A stretch of DNA of 64,000 nucleotides from Candidatus Omnitrophota bacterium (lineage in GTDB: Bacteria; Omnitrophota; Gorgyraeia; 1-14-0-20-64-10), in NCBI GenBank assembly GCA_023818695.1, contig JAMWCF010000001.1, positions 403,306 to 467,305 on the forward strand, read 5' to 3'. Under the pieces are notes generated by a model. The model saw only the letters and a list, made by a program, of their open reading frames with translations, was not told the DNA's origin and did not search any database. Both the position numbers and the translations under genes were made by a program. Positions 16,381-25,089 of this stretch are shown here, piece by piece (within the stretch, counting starts at the first letter, position 1; each line of letters opens with the position of its first letter).

Positions 16381-16410
16381 AGTATATAATGGTCACTCCG
16401 ATAAAATCAA
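16381..16410 (-). promoter_or_regulatory. Candidate sigma70 promoter for the small membrane-protein gene
   Basis: On the minus strand, TTGATT (16405-16410) is followed by TATATA at 16 nt or TATACT at 18 nt. This would give a leader of about 100 nt. Confidence 0.3.
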
Positions 16411-16587
16411 GGACTCAAAATATAACACATTTATTATCAAATAGTTATATAACTAATTATTTTATAAAATAATTTATAATTAATTCATTACACAAATTCA
16501 GTTCTATAACATATTGATTTTAAATATGTTACAATATTATATATAATATATTTATTTATAATATGTTACGATAAAAGTCTTAGTGGG

Positions 16588-17310
16588 TTATCTGGCTATC
16601 ACGCCAGCTTCCAGTCGAAGCCGGCCCAAGTTCCTGGCAGGACATTGGCTGCAAAGAGGCCGGCTTTTATGGCAAAACCCCTTGCCTAGGGCTACCAAAA
16701 GGGCATGATATTCGTTAAAAAGAGCTCTTTGGTGAGGTAGGTTTTCGTAAAAAAAACGCTGAAGCTGGTCGTAGGAGGTTTCCCTGTCAACAAGGCAGTG
16801 GCGGGAGAAAATACGTCTGGTGTAGGCATCGACAACGAAGACCGGTTTATCAAGGGCGTACAGCAGGATACTGTCTGCCGTTTCAGGGCCTATTCCGGAT
16901 AGGGCAAGCAGCTCTGACCGCACCTGCCCTGCAGGGATTTTCCGAAGGGACTCTATTCTGCCGCCAGCCTTCCGGTGGAGGTACCGGACAAACCGCTTTA
17001 AGCGTTCGGCCTTTTGATTAAAGAAACCAGCGGAGTGGATGCAACCGGCCAACCGATCCAAAGAAACCCGATCCAAAACCTTTGGATCGAGCAAACCGGC
17101 CTGTTTCAATCCGGCGATCGCTTTGGCCGCGTTCGTCCAGGCAGTATTCTGGGTCAAAATGGCCCCTACAGCCACTTCAAAAGGGGTTTCGCCGGGCCAC
17201 CAGTGCTGGGGACCGAAATGCTCAAACAAACGCCGGTAGAAGAGCTGGACGGTGTTTTTCGGCCGATTCACGTCTTTTCGGCTGTCACGTCGCGTTTCCT
17301 CGCAACCCAC
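16588..17310 (-). CDS. Endonuclease III-related HhH-GPD family protein with a C-terminal Fe-S cysteine cluster
   Basis: GPQHWWPGETPFEVAVGAILTQNTAWTNA, the HhH motif LSGIGPETADSILLYAL, and CHKSRPLCSQCP at the C-terminus. Confidence 0.8.
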   Translation of the reverse strand: MGCEETRRDSRKDVNRPKNTVQLFYRRLFEHFGPQHWWPGETPFEVAVGAILTQNTAWTNAAKAIAGLKQAGLLDPKVLDRVSLDRLAGCIHSAGFFNQKAERLKRFVRYLHRKAGGRIESLRKIPAGQVRSELLALSGIGPETADSILLYALDKPVFVVDAYTRRIFSRHCLVDRETSYDQLQRFFYENLPHQRALFNEYHALLVALGKGFCHKSRPLCSQCPARNLGRLRLEAGVIAR

Positions 17311-19010
17311 CTTAACAACTCATCCGCCCCCATAGAATTCAGAATATCTTTCGGCCCCACCCAGGCCCGCCTAGCCATGGCAACACCCAATTTCAAAGTT
17401 CCTAGTTGCTCCAAGGCATGGGTGTCCGTTGAGATCACCAGCTTGGCGCCACATTCTTTCGCCTGTCTGGCATAAACATCGTTCAGATCCATCCGGACCG
17501 TGCAGCAGTTGATCTCCATGGCTGTGCCGGTCCTGGCCGCTTCGCGGAAAACCGCCTCCATATCCAGGGCGTAAGGATCCCGCTCGCCCAAAAGGCGTCC
17601 TGTCGGGTGGGCAAGAATGCTGACATACCGGTTCCGGACCGCCTTGACAATCCTCCTGGTCATCATCTCCTTGGGCTGCTTGAAAGCCGAGTGGACAGCC
17701 GCAATGACCACATCCAGCTTTTTCAAAACAGCATCCGGATAATCCAGCCGGCCATCGGGCAGGATATCCACTTCAGAACCTGTCAAGATCCGAAAAGGTT
17801 TTAAGCGCCGATTCAATGCCCCAACCTCCTTCAGCTGCGCCAGGATCCTCGCTTCCGAAAGACCCTTGGCTATCCGAAGGGACTGCGAGTGGTCAGAAAG
17901 GATCATATAGCGGTAGCCTTGCTTCCGGACGGCACCGGCGATCTCTTCGATGGAATGGCGTCCATCGGACCATGTCGAATGGTTGTGGAAAGACCCTTCG
18001 ATATCCTTCGCATCAACCAGCTGAGGCAACAACCCCTTCCGGGCCGCTTCTATCTCTCCCCGGTCTTCACGCAGCTCCGGCGGAATCCAGGAAAGCCCCA
18101 AAACTTCGTAAATCTCCTCCTCTTCGCGTCCGGCAAACTTCTTGCCGTCCTTTTCATGGAAAATACCGTATTCGTTAATGGTCAAACCCGACCGGTTAGC
18201 CAGAGAACGGAGCCGAATGTTATGCTCCTTCGACCCCGTGAAATAAAGCAGCGCCGCCCCGAATGAATCAAGGGGGACAACCCGCAGGTCGACCTGGATT
18301 CCCTGACGGGTCCGAATGCTGGACTTCGTTTCCCCTTGCGCCTGGACGGCCGCGACGAAAGGCAGCCGGACGAAGCCGTCCATGACCTTCTCCGGTTGAG
18401 GGGAGGCAATCAATATATCGAGATCCCGGACGGTCTCTTTGCATCGGCGCAGACTCCCGGCCACACTCAACCGCTTTATCCCCTTCAGCGTCTTTATCCC
18501 CTTTAAAACCTCTTCGGCCGCCTCCATGGCTTCCCCGAGAGGCATCCTTTCCTTCCCCGTCTTGACCAGCGCCACCCCCCGCAGGATATTTTCTTCCTTC
18601 TTCGCCTGAAACCCCGGAATGGCCCGAAGCTTTCCGGTCCGGGCCAGCCGCTCCAAATCATCGATGGATTTCGCATGGAAGCGATCATAAACCAATCTGG
18701 CGGTCTTCGGGCCGACCCCAGGAATTGTCAGCAGCTCGGCCAAGCTGGCCGGCACCTGTTTCTTCAGCTCATCCAAGTAGCGGAGTTTTCCTGTCTGCAG
18801 CATCTCCAGAATCTTGGCGCTCAAATCTTTGCCGATGCCCGGAATCCGCTCAAGCCCATTCGTCTCGGCCAGTAACCGAAGGTCTTCGGACAAATTCTTC
18901 AGATTCAAGGCAGCCCGTCTGTACGCCTGTATCCTGAAAGGGTTCTCCCCTTTCAGCTCCAGGAGATCTGCGATTTGTTCAAAAACCTCAGCGATTTCAC
19001 GCTGATCCAC
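17268..19010 (-). CDS. polX: Family X DNA polymerase with C-terminal PHP domain (PolX)
   Basis: N-terminal ENPFRIQAYRRAA and HhH motifs, a Pol-beta-like core, and a PHP domain (FHNHSTWSDGRHS). GTG at 19010 has a GGAGGA Shine-Dalgarno. The ORF-track ATG at 19058 has none. Confidence 0.9.
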   Translation of the reverse strand: MDQREIAEVFEQIADLLELKGENPFRIQAYRRAALNLKNLSEDLRLLAETNGLERIPGIGKDLSAKILEMLQTGKLRYLDELKKQVPASLAELLTIPGVGPKTARLVYDRFHAKSIDDLERLARTGKLRAIPGFQAKKEENILRGVALVKTGKERMPLGEAMEAAEEVLKGIKTLKGIKRLSVAGSLRRCKETVRDLDILIASPQPEKVMDGFVRLPFVAAVQAQGETKSSIRTRQGIQVDLRVVPLDSFGAALLYFTGSKEHNIRLRSLANRSGLTINEYGIFHEKDGKKFAGREEEEIYEVLGLSWIPPELREDRGEIEAARKGLLPQLVDAKDIEGSFHNHSTWSDGRHSIEEIAGAVRKQGYRYMILSDHSQSLRIAKGLSEARILAQLKEVGALNRRLKPFRILTGSEVDILPDGRLDYPDAVLKKLDVVIAAVHSAFKQPKEMMTRRIVKAVRNRYVSILAHPTGRLLGERDPYALDMEAVFREAARTGTAMEINCCTVRMDLNDVYARQAKECGAKLVISTDTHALEQLGTLKLGVAMARRAWVGPKDILNSMGADELLRWVARKRDVTAEKT

Positions 19011-19428
19011 GCGACAAGATCCTCCCCGCTTTTTTGAGGAGTTCCCTCTCATTCGCATAAGAGTTTTTTTTCACCGCCAGGGAAAGATCAAACCAGCGGG
19101 CCTCGTCAACTTCGAAATCATGGTCCTTAACGCTCCCGCGAACATAACGCATCAAATAGAAAGAAACCTTCTTGCTGATTTTTGAACCGTCCTGCACAAA
19201 AACATAACGGATATCGCCAACCTTGCGAATGATTTCTGCCGACACCCCGGTCTCCTCACGAACCTCCCGAAGGGCTGCCTCCTCCGTTGATTCCCCCGCG
19301 TCAATGTGCCCTTTCGGAAGACACCAGATAGATCCTCCCGCCCGGGAAACGAGGATGATCCGCAACACCCCTTCCCTGCCCCTTTTAAACACCACTCCTC
19401 CCGCCGAAAAGCGTTTTTTCAGCCTCAT
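18997..19428 (-). CDS. NUDIX hydrolase
   Basis: Nudix box GHIDAGESTEEAALREVREETGV. The protein is 143 aa. Confidence 0.85.
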   Translation of the reverse strand: MRLKKRFSAGGVVFKRGREGVLRIILVSRAGGSIWCLPKGHIDAGESTEEAALREVREETGVSAEIIRKVGDIRYVFVQDGSKISKKVSFYLMRYVRGSVKDHDFEVDEARWFDLSLAVKKNSYANERELLKKAGRILSRGSA

Positions 19429-20213
19429 CAGCCCCTCACCTGAACCTCATCCCCCACCGATACCTTGAAGAGACTGGCTGCAGACCCCCCGTTGACGGCC
19501 ACCTCCAGAAGTCCTCGACTCCCTATTAAGGCCACGCCGGCCCCTTTCCGAACGGCGGCGTATGAAATCCTCAACGGCCCGATTCTTTTCTTACCAATCC
19601 AGACGCGGCCTTTTTTTTCAAGAAAATGTGAACACTTTGCGAGAACCTCCGCCGAAATATTGGTCACAGCGTTCCCAAAGTGATCGATCGAAATGACTTT
19701 TCCGACAACCCGGCCAGAGTAAAAACGCGGAATGGAGAACGGCAACCGTTGGAAGGCAGCTACGCGATGACCCAGTTTCGAGGGGGACACACCCTTGGAG
19801 AGATGCCCGGCGACTGGCGCAAAAATATCGCGGCCGTGAAAGGTGTGGCTGACCGATGGGAGGGCGTACCGTCGGTTGGAGACCTCATACAAACGCCATT
19901 TTCTTGAGGAAGCGGTCAACCGGCTTAAAACACCGTTGTCTGGCCCAAGGAAGAGATGCCCGGCGAGATCCAGACACAGAATCCGTCTCTTTGACCCGAC
20001 CCCCGGATCCACCACAATAACGTGCACCGTCTTTTCCGGAAAAAATTTCCAGCTCCATAGGATGCGCCAGCTGGCCTGCTCCACATCGCCCGGGGGAACC
20101 TGATGACTGATGTCGATAATATGCGCGGAACGATTGATGGAAAGGATGACCCCCTTCATCGCTCCGACATATTCATCTTCAAAGCCGAAGTCGGTCAGAA
20201 GGGTCACAATCAT
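19428..20213 (-). CDS. SAM hydrolase / SAM-dependent halogenase family protein (S-adenosyl-L-methionine hydroxide adenosyltransferase, DUF62)
   Basis: The N-terminus MIVTLLTDFGFEDEYVGAMKGV and the ~260-aa length are typical of this family. Confidence 0.85.
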   Translation of the reverse strand: MIVTLLTDFGFEDEYVGAMKGVILSINRSAHIIDISHQVPPGDVEQASWRILWSWKFFPEKTVHVIVVDPGVGSKRRILCLDLAGHLFLGPDNGVLSRLTASSRKWRLYEVSNRRYALPSVSHTFHGRDIFAPVAGHLSKGVSPSKLGHRVAAFQRLPFSIPRFYSGRVVGKVISIDHFGNAVTNISAEVLAKCSHFLEKKGRVWIGKKRIGPLRISYAAVRKGAGVALIGSRGLLEVAVNGGSAASLFKVSVGDEVQVRG

Positions 20214-20225
20214 CTTTCAATTGAC

Positions 20226-21341
20226 CTATGAAAAAACTCTGTTTAACGGAGTGTAAGGCAAGCCCAGATCTTTGGCGAGCGGTTTATAAGTGACCTTTCC
20301 TTTCGCGATGTTGACGCCACGCGCCAGCGCGGGATGCCCCTTCAGCGCCCTGGCCAAACTTTCATCGCAGATTTGAAGAATAAATGGGAGCGTGGCATTG
20401 GTTAATCCGTAGGTAGAGGTGATGGGAACCGCGCCGGGGATGTTTGTCACACAGTAATGAACAACCGATTCATCAACGTAAATCGGCGCTGCGTGCGTGG
20501 TGGGGCGGGAGGTCTCGGCGCATCCACCCTGGTCAATAGCGACATCCACGATAACCGAACCGGGTTTCATCTTCTTGAGCATCCAGCGCTTGATGAGCAT
20601 AGGCGCCCTGGCCCCCCGCAGAAGGGCACAGCAGAAAACCAGGTCAGCTTCCGGAAGGCGGCTGGCGATATTGTGCTCATTCGACATGAGAAACGTTACG
20701 TTTTTGGGCATGATGTCTTCTAGATAGCGCAAACGGTTGAGATCCACATCCATGATGGTGACGTTTCCCCCAAAACCGGAGGCCACCTTGGCCGCATTCG
20801 CCCCCACAACCCCTCCTCCGAGAATCAGGATGTTAGCTGGAGCTACGCCGGGAATCCCTCCCAGCAGAATTCCCTTGCCTTTCATCGGTTTCTCAAGATA
20901 CTTGGCCCCTTCCTGCACAGCCATGCGGCCAGCGATCTCGCTCATAGGGATCAAAATCGGCAGCTGTCCTTGTTCATCCTCCACCGTTTCATAGGCAATG
21001 CAGGTGACTTTCCGTTTGAGCATGTTCTGGGCCAATTGCTTGCTCGCAGCAAAGTGGAAGAATGTGAACACGATCTGGCCAGGCCGGAGGAGCGGATATT
21101 CCTCCGTCTGGGGTTCTTTGACTTTTACAATAAGGCCGGCTTTCTTGAAGATTTCCTGCGGGGATTTGACGATGACGGCTCCGGCCTCCACGTATTCCCT
21201 GTCCGGAATATTGGAACCCAACCCCGCTCCCGATTCGACCAGAACGGCGTGACCCTTCTGGGCAAGAGCCGCCGCACCGGCCGGAATCAGGGCTACCCTG
21301 TATTCGTCCTTCTTAATCTCTTTCGGAACACCGACGATCAT
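20226..21341 (-). CDS. ald: Alanine dehydrogenase
   Basis: MIVGVPKEIKKDEYRVALIPAG at the N-terminus and the NAD-binding motif ILILGGGVVGANAA. The protein is 371 aa. Confidence 0.9.
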   Translation of the reverse strand: MIVGVPKEIKKDEYRVALIPAGAAALAQKGHAVLVESGAGLGSNIPDREYVEAGAVIVKSPQEIFKKAGLIVKVKEPQTEEYPLLRPGQIVFTFFHFAASKQLAQNMLKRKVTCIAYETVEDEQGQLPILIPMSEIAGRMAVQEGAKYLEKPMKGKGILLGGIPGVAPANILILGGGVVGANAAKVASGFGGNVTIMDVDLNRLRYLEDIMPKNVTFLMSNEHNIASRLPEADLVFCCALLRGARAPMLIKRWMLKKMKPGSVIVDVAIDQGGCAETSRPTTHAAPIYVDESVVHYCVTNIPGAVPITSTYGLTNATLPFILQICDESLARALKGHPALARGVNIAKGKVTYKPLAKDLGLPYTPLNRVFS

Positions 21342-21708
21342 GGGAAAGCATGCTCTGGAGAACGAATTCTGCTATGGAACGCCTGTCTTCCTGCTTCAGG
21401 TCGGAAAAATAGATGGCGGTCGCATAGGACCGCCCCGACGATCCGCTGGACTCCTCTTCCTGCCTTACAACCACGCCAACGCACCTAATGGATCTGGCGG
21501 AAAATCCCGAAGAGTCCCTGGGCAGATGGAACCGTATTTCCAATTGAGTCATAAGCGGGATCGGATGAGGCAGTTTGCAAAGGACGCCGCCACAGCTGAT
21601 ATTCTTCGTCTCCGCAACAAATGTATCGCCTTCTCCGACCCTGATCTGACACGGGAGCCGTTCCGGTATGCGGGGATATTTACGGCGTTCTGCGAAATTC
21701 ATTCTCAA
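21313..21708 (-). CDS. PilZ domain protein
   Basis: RRKYPR (RxxxR) and NISCGG (NxSxxG) motifs. It overlaps the ald start by 29 nt. Confidence 0.75.
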   Translation of the reverse strand: MRMNFAERRKYPRIPERLPCQIRVGEGDTFVAETKNISCGGVLCKLPHPIPLMTQLEIRFHLPRDSSGFSARSIRCVGVVVRQEEESSGSSGRSYATAIYFSDLKQEDRRSIAEFVLQSMLSHDRRCSERD

Positions 21709-22567
21709 AAAACCCCAACACGGTTCGCGTATAACTCATCCTGTCCCTGTAAAAACAAGCCACGTGTTCCGATTCCGGAACAAGCCATAAACGTTTTGGA
21801 TCTTTGGCGGCATCGTATATGCTCTGACCATCCTCCCACGGGACGGTCTTGTCGGCTGTGCCATGAATGATCAGAACGGGCCTTGGCGAGACCCTACCGA
21901 CAAGACATTTCGGACTGATCGACTTCGCGCTACAGCCCAACCGCAACTGTGCAAACCAAACGACAATCTGCCCCAGAGGAAACCGGGGAATATGATAGGC
22001 CATTCGCAGCGCCCTCGCAACCGCCTTGCCGAAGTCCCCATAGGCCGAATCGCTCACGACTGCTTTAATTTTCGGAAAGTGGGCCGCCGCAATAATGCCG
22101 ATGGCTCCTCCCATCGATATGCCATAGCACCCGACCGGCAAATCCTTAAATTCGGAAGAGGCGCTAAGGTAATCCAACACTGCTTCAATATCCATCGTCT
22201 CGCGTTTTCCGAAAGAAAAAGTGGATCCTTCGGAACAACCGTGCCCACGGAAATCGATCGAAATCAAATGACATGAGCCATGCAAGGCAAACGCCTGGAT
22301 AACATCCAAGAGATCCGCCTTGCAGGTTCCAAAACCATGAAGCAAAATCAGAACGCCTTGTGGGGAACGGGAACGGACCAGCCACCCATCTAATCGGATA
22401 CCATCCTTGGCTGTAAACCGGACTGGTTCCCAAGGGATTCCAACATCAGAAGGATTGGCGGAAGGTGCATAGCGGGGCTGACGTACGACCCAAGAAGAGC
22501 CAATGATCCCCCATACAACCAGGGACAGAAGGAAAACGAGAAACCAACTCAAAACAAAGGGTTCCAA
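21680..22567 (-). CDS. Alpha/beta hydrolase with an N-terminal membrane anchor
   Basis: N-terminal TM helix, nucleophile elbow GISMGG, and a C-terminal Asp/His region (IHGTADKTVP ... SEHV). Confidence 0.8.
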   Translation of the reverse strand: MEPFVLSWFLVFLLSLVVWGIIGSSWVVRQPRYAPSANPSDVGIPWEPVRFTAKDGIRLDGWLVRSRSPQGVLILLHGFGTCKADLLDVIQAFALHGSCHLISIDFRGHGCSEGSTFSFGKRETMDIEAVLDYLSASSEFKDLPVGCYGISMGGAIGIIAAAHFPKIKAVVSDSAYGDFGKAVARALRMAYHIPRFPLGQIVVWFAQLRLGCSAKSISPKCLVGRVSPRPVLIIHGTADKTVPWEDGQSIYDAAKDPKRLWLVPESEHVACFYRDRMSYTRTVLGFFENEFRRTP

Positions 22568-22585
22568 AAACCGGAATGTCCGTTT

Positions 22586-22948
22586 TTAAAGGGCCTCCCT
22601 GATGCCGCCAAGCCACCGGGAGTAGACAAAATCAAGGAGGCGGGCTAAATCAAGCGGCTTGATGGTGATAATCTTCATCCCCGCATTAACGCCCTTTGCC
22701 CTTTTTCCCTCCTCCGACCAGGTCACCTCGGCTGTGGCGAAAATCGGTATATTGTCCCCAGGCACACGCAGGGTCAAATCAACGTGTTCCCCCTTGCCCA
22801 CTTTGTCTGGGAAAGAAACCCCGAACCCTTCCCTCGAACAATCCCTGATATGGACGCTGCCGGTCAGCATGGAAGGCCCTTTCGCCCAGTATTCAGCTTT
22901 CAAGTCGGTTGATATCCGCATATACTTCCTGCGTTCTTTCGTAGACAT
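22586..22948 (-). CDS. PilZ domain protein
   Basis: ATG at 22948 follows GGAGAAGGAG. RRKYMR and DCSREG motifs are present. The ORF-track start at 22978 is a TTG without a Shine-Dalgarno. Confidence 0.75.
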   Translation of the reverse strand: MSTKERRKYMRISTDLKAEYWAKGPSMLTGSVHIRDCSREGFGVSFPDKVGKGEHVDLTLRVPGDNIPIFATAEVTWSEEGKRAKGVNAGMKIITIKPLDLARLLDFVYSRWLGGIREAL

Positions 22949-22989
22949 GGTTTTCTCCTTCTCCTCCCCGCTGAACAACCATTTTGTAA

Positions 22990-25089
22990 TTATCTTAACA
23001 TATCGGTGGCTTCAACAGGCCGCATTGTAATCAGTCCTTTCCGATACGCCTTTAAAAAAGCATCCACCACCACCGGATCAAATTGCGTCCCGGATCCCCC
23101 TTCGATTTCTTCCACAGCCACCGAATCGGCCAAATGTTTCCGATAAGGACGGTCAGTCGTCATCGCATCAAATGTATCGGCAACCGAGATGATTCTTGTC
23201 ATAAGGGGGATTTCCATTCCCCGCAAACCATCCGGATAGCCACGCCCATCATACCTCTCATGATGCGCTTTGACAGCTTTGGCGACCTCCTCCATCCCTT
23301 TGATTGGCTGAAGGATAATCGCACCCACAATGGAGTGCTCTTCCATTTTCTTAAATTCCTTGGGAGTCAATTTACCTTTCTTGCCGAGAATGTCGTCCGG
23401 TATGCCGATCTTGCCGATATCATGAAGCAATGCGGCAATTTTCAGCGTCTCTTTAAACCGCTGAAACCCCCTCACTTCCGGATGGGACGCGAGCTCACCG
23501 GCTATCACAAGGGAGTAGGCCGTGCACCGTTCCGTGTGCCCATGCGTGTAGGGATCGCGGGCATCCACCGCGGCGGCCAGAGCGATGGCTGTGTGGATGA
23601 AAAGCTGGTGCTCCCGCTCATAAAGCTTCTCAATCTCCGACATCCTCTGGTAGAGCTGTTCGTAAAGCTGCGCGTTTTCCAGGGCGATAGCCCCTTCATT
23701 CGCCAGCGTTGTCAGCAAATCCAAATCTTCCTTCCGATACGGCTCACCGGAAAGTTTGTCCCCCAACACCAAGAATCCTAAAAGCTGGGACTTGCTGAAA
23801 GCCGGAACGCAAATCCTCGAATGCAGCGTTTCCATCTGGGTCCGGACATCCAAAAGATTCCGGCGGAAGACAGACCTCGGAGGAAACATCCGTTCATCAT
23901 TGAGCCAGCGCATGATCTCATCCAAAGAGAGGATTTCTTTCTTCTCTTCAAGCCAGGTGACCAGAGGGTTGTCCCGGTCGACATTCATTCCCACGGGACA
24001 CTTCTCCTTCCCGCGGCTGACTTTCAAAATATAATGGGTGCTGTTCCGGTATAGAATGCCGACATGCGAAACCCTTACCCGCATGCCGATAAAATGGGCC
24101 ATCATTTTTAGGAGGCGATCGATGGAGGTCGCCTTCGCCATACCCCGTGAAGCCTCCTTCAATGTTTTCTGCCATTCAAACCTTCGCTGATAGAGAAGGG
24201 CGTCTGTTGCTTTCGTTAACCAATGGTCCAGGGGACGGACAACCACCGTCACAACGCTTAAAGCCACGGCACACATCCACAAAACCCTCCTGTCCAGGGC
24301 CTGTGGGCCGTAGAATAAGAACTGCCCCAAAAAGACAACGAACACGACAAACAAACCGACAAGGATGGAGTACAGACTCGCATAAATCAGGGTGTTTTTA
24401 ATCACAATCGACACATTCAACAGCTTCCATCGAATCATGGAATAGCCAACCAGAAGATAGAAAAGGATCAAAATCATGCCTCCAGGGGGCGGAGCCACCT
24501 CCCACACGGCCGGGAAGACGGAACACAAACCGGCCATGCCAAAAAGAGAAGCCAGCACCATGTACAGCAACTGGTTTTTATGGCGTCCGCTCTGCGCCCG
24601 GTAGGACCTCAATAAAATCCAGATCGCCGCGGTGTAAACCGCTACAAACCAGAGGGCGAAAACTCCGTAGAACAACCCTGCCGTTGGATAAAAACCGCCG
24701 GAGGGATCAACACGGACGCCGTTCAAAAATAGGGGGGTCGGAATGAGCGCCGTGAAGAGGGCAGCGAAAACCATGTTCCATGTCACAAAAGAAGAGTTGG
24801 TGGCGCCAGGCTGGCTCAAATTTAAGACGAATTTAAAGAAGAAAACAGGAATAAAAGCGAAAGCGATATGCCCTGTATAACTCCACAAAAAAGCCCCGTT
24901 TTCCGAGGTGGAAAACCGGAGCAGGAATGAACTGAAGGCCCAGCAGCTGACGGCAATCGAGAAAGCGAACCATGCGGTGTTAAGGGGGTTTCTCCTGTTT
25001 TTTGAAAATCCCCATAAACCGAAACCCAGACTCATCAGGCCGCATACAGCCATCGGCCATGACCACGCTGCCGCCGAAAACTCCGTCAT
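22990..25089 (-). CDS. Membrane-bound sensor with GAF-like and HD-GYP domains (putative c-di-GMP phosphodiesterase)
   Basis: The N-terminal ~300 aa is multi-TM, followed by a central GAF-like region. The C-terminus has HDIGKIGIPD ... HHERYDGRGYPDGL. Confidence 0.85.
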   Translation of the reverse strand: MTEFSAAAWSWPMAVCGLMSLGFGLWGFSKNRRNPLNTAWFAFSIAVSCWAFSSFLLRFSTSENGAFLWSYTGHIAFAFIPVFFFKFVLNLSQPGATNSSFVTWNMVFAALFTALIPTPLFLNGVRVDPSGGFYPTAGLFYGVFALWFVAVYTAAIWILLRSYRAQSGRHKNQLLYMVLASLFGMAGLCSVFPAVWEVAPPPGGMILILFYLLVGYSMIRWKLLNVSIVIKNTLIYASLYSILVGLFVVFVVFLGQFLFYGPQALDRRVLWMCAVALSVVTVVVRPLDHWLTKATDALLYQRRFEWQKTLKEASRGMAKATSIDRLLKMMAHFIGMRVRVSHVGILYRNSTHYILKVSRGKEKCPVGMNVDRDNPLVTWLEEKKEILSLDEIMRWLNDERMFPPRSVFRRNLLDVRTQMETLHSRICVPAFSKSQLLGFLVLGDKLSGEPYRKEDLDLLTTLANEGAIALENAQLYEQLYQRMSEIEKLYEREHQLFIHTAIALAAAVDARDPYTHGHTERCTAYSLVIAGELASHPEVRGFQRFKETLKIAALLHDIGKIGIPDDILGKKGKLTPKEFKKMEEHSIVGAIILQPIKGMEEVAKAVKAHHERYDGRGYPDGLRGMEIPLMTRIISVADTFDAMTTDRPYRKHLADSVAVEEIEGGSGTQFDPVVVDAFLKAYRKGLITMRPVEATDMLR

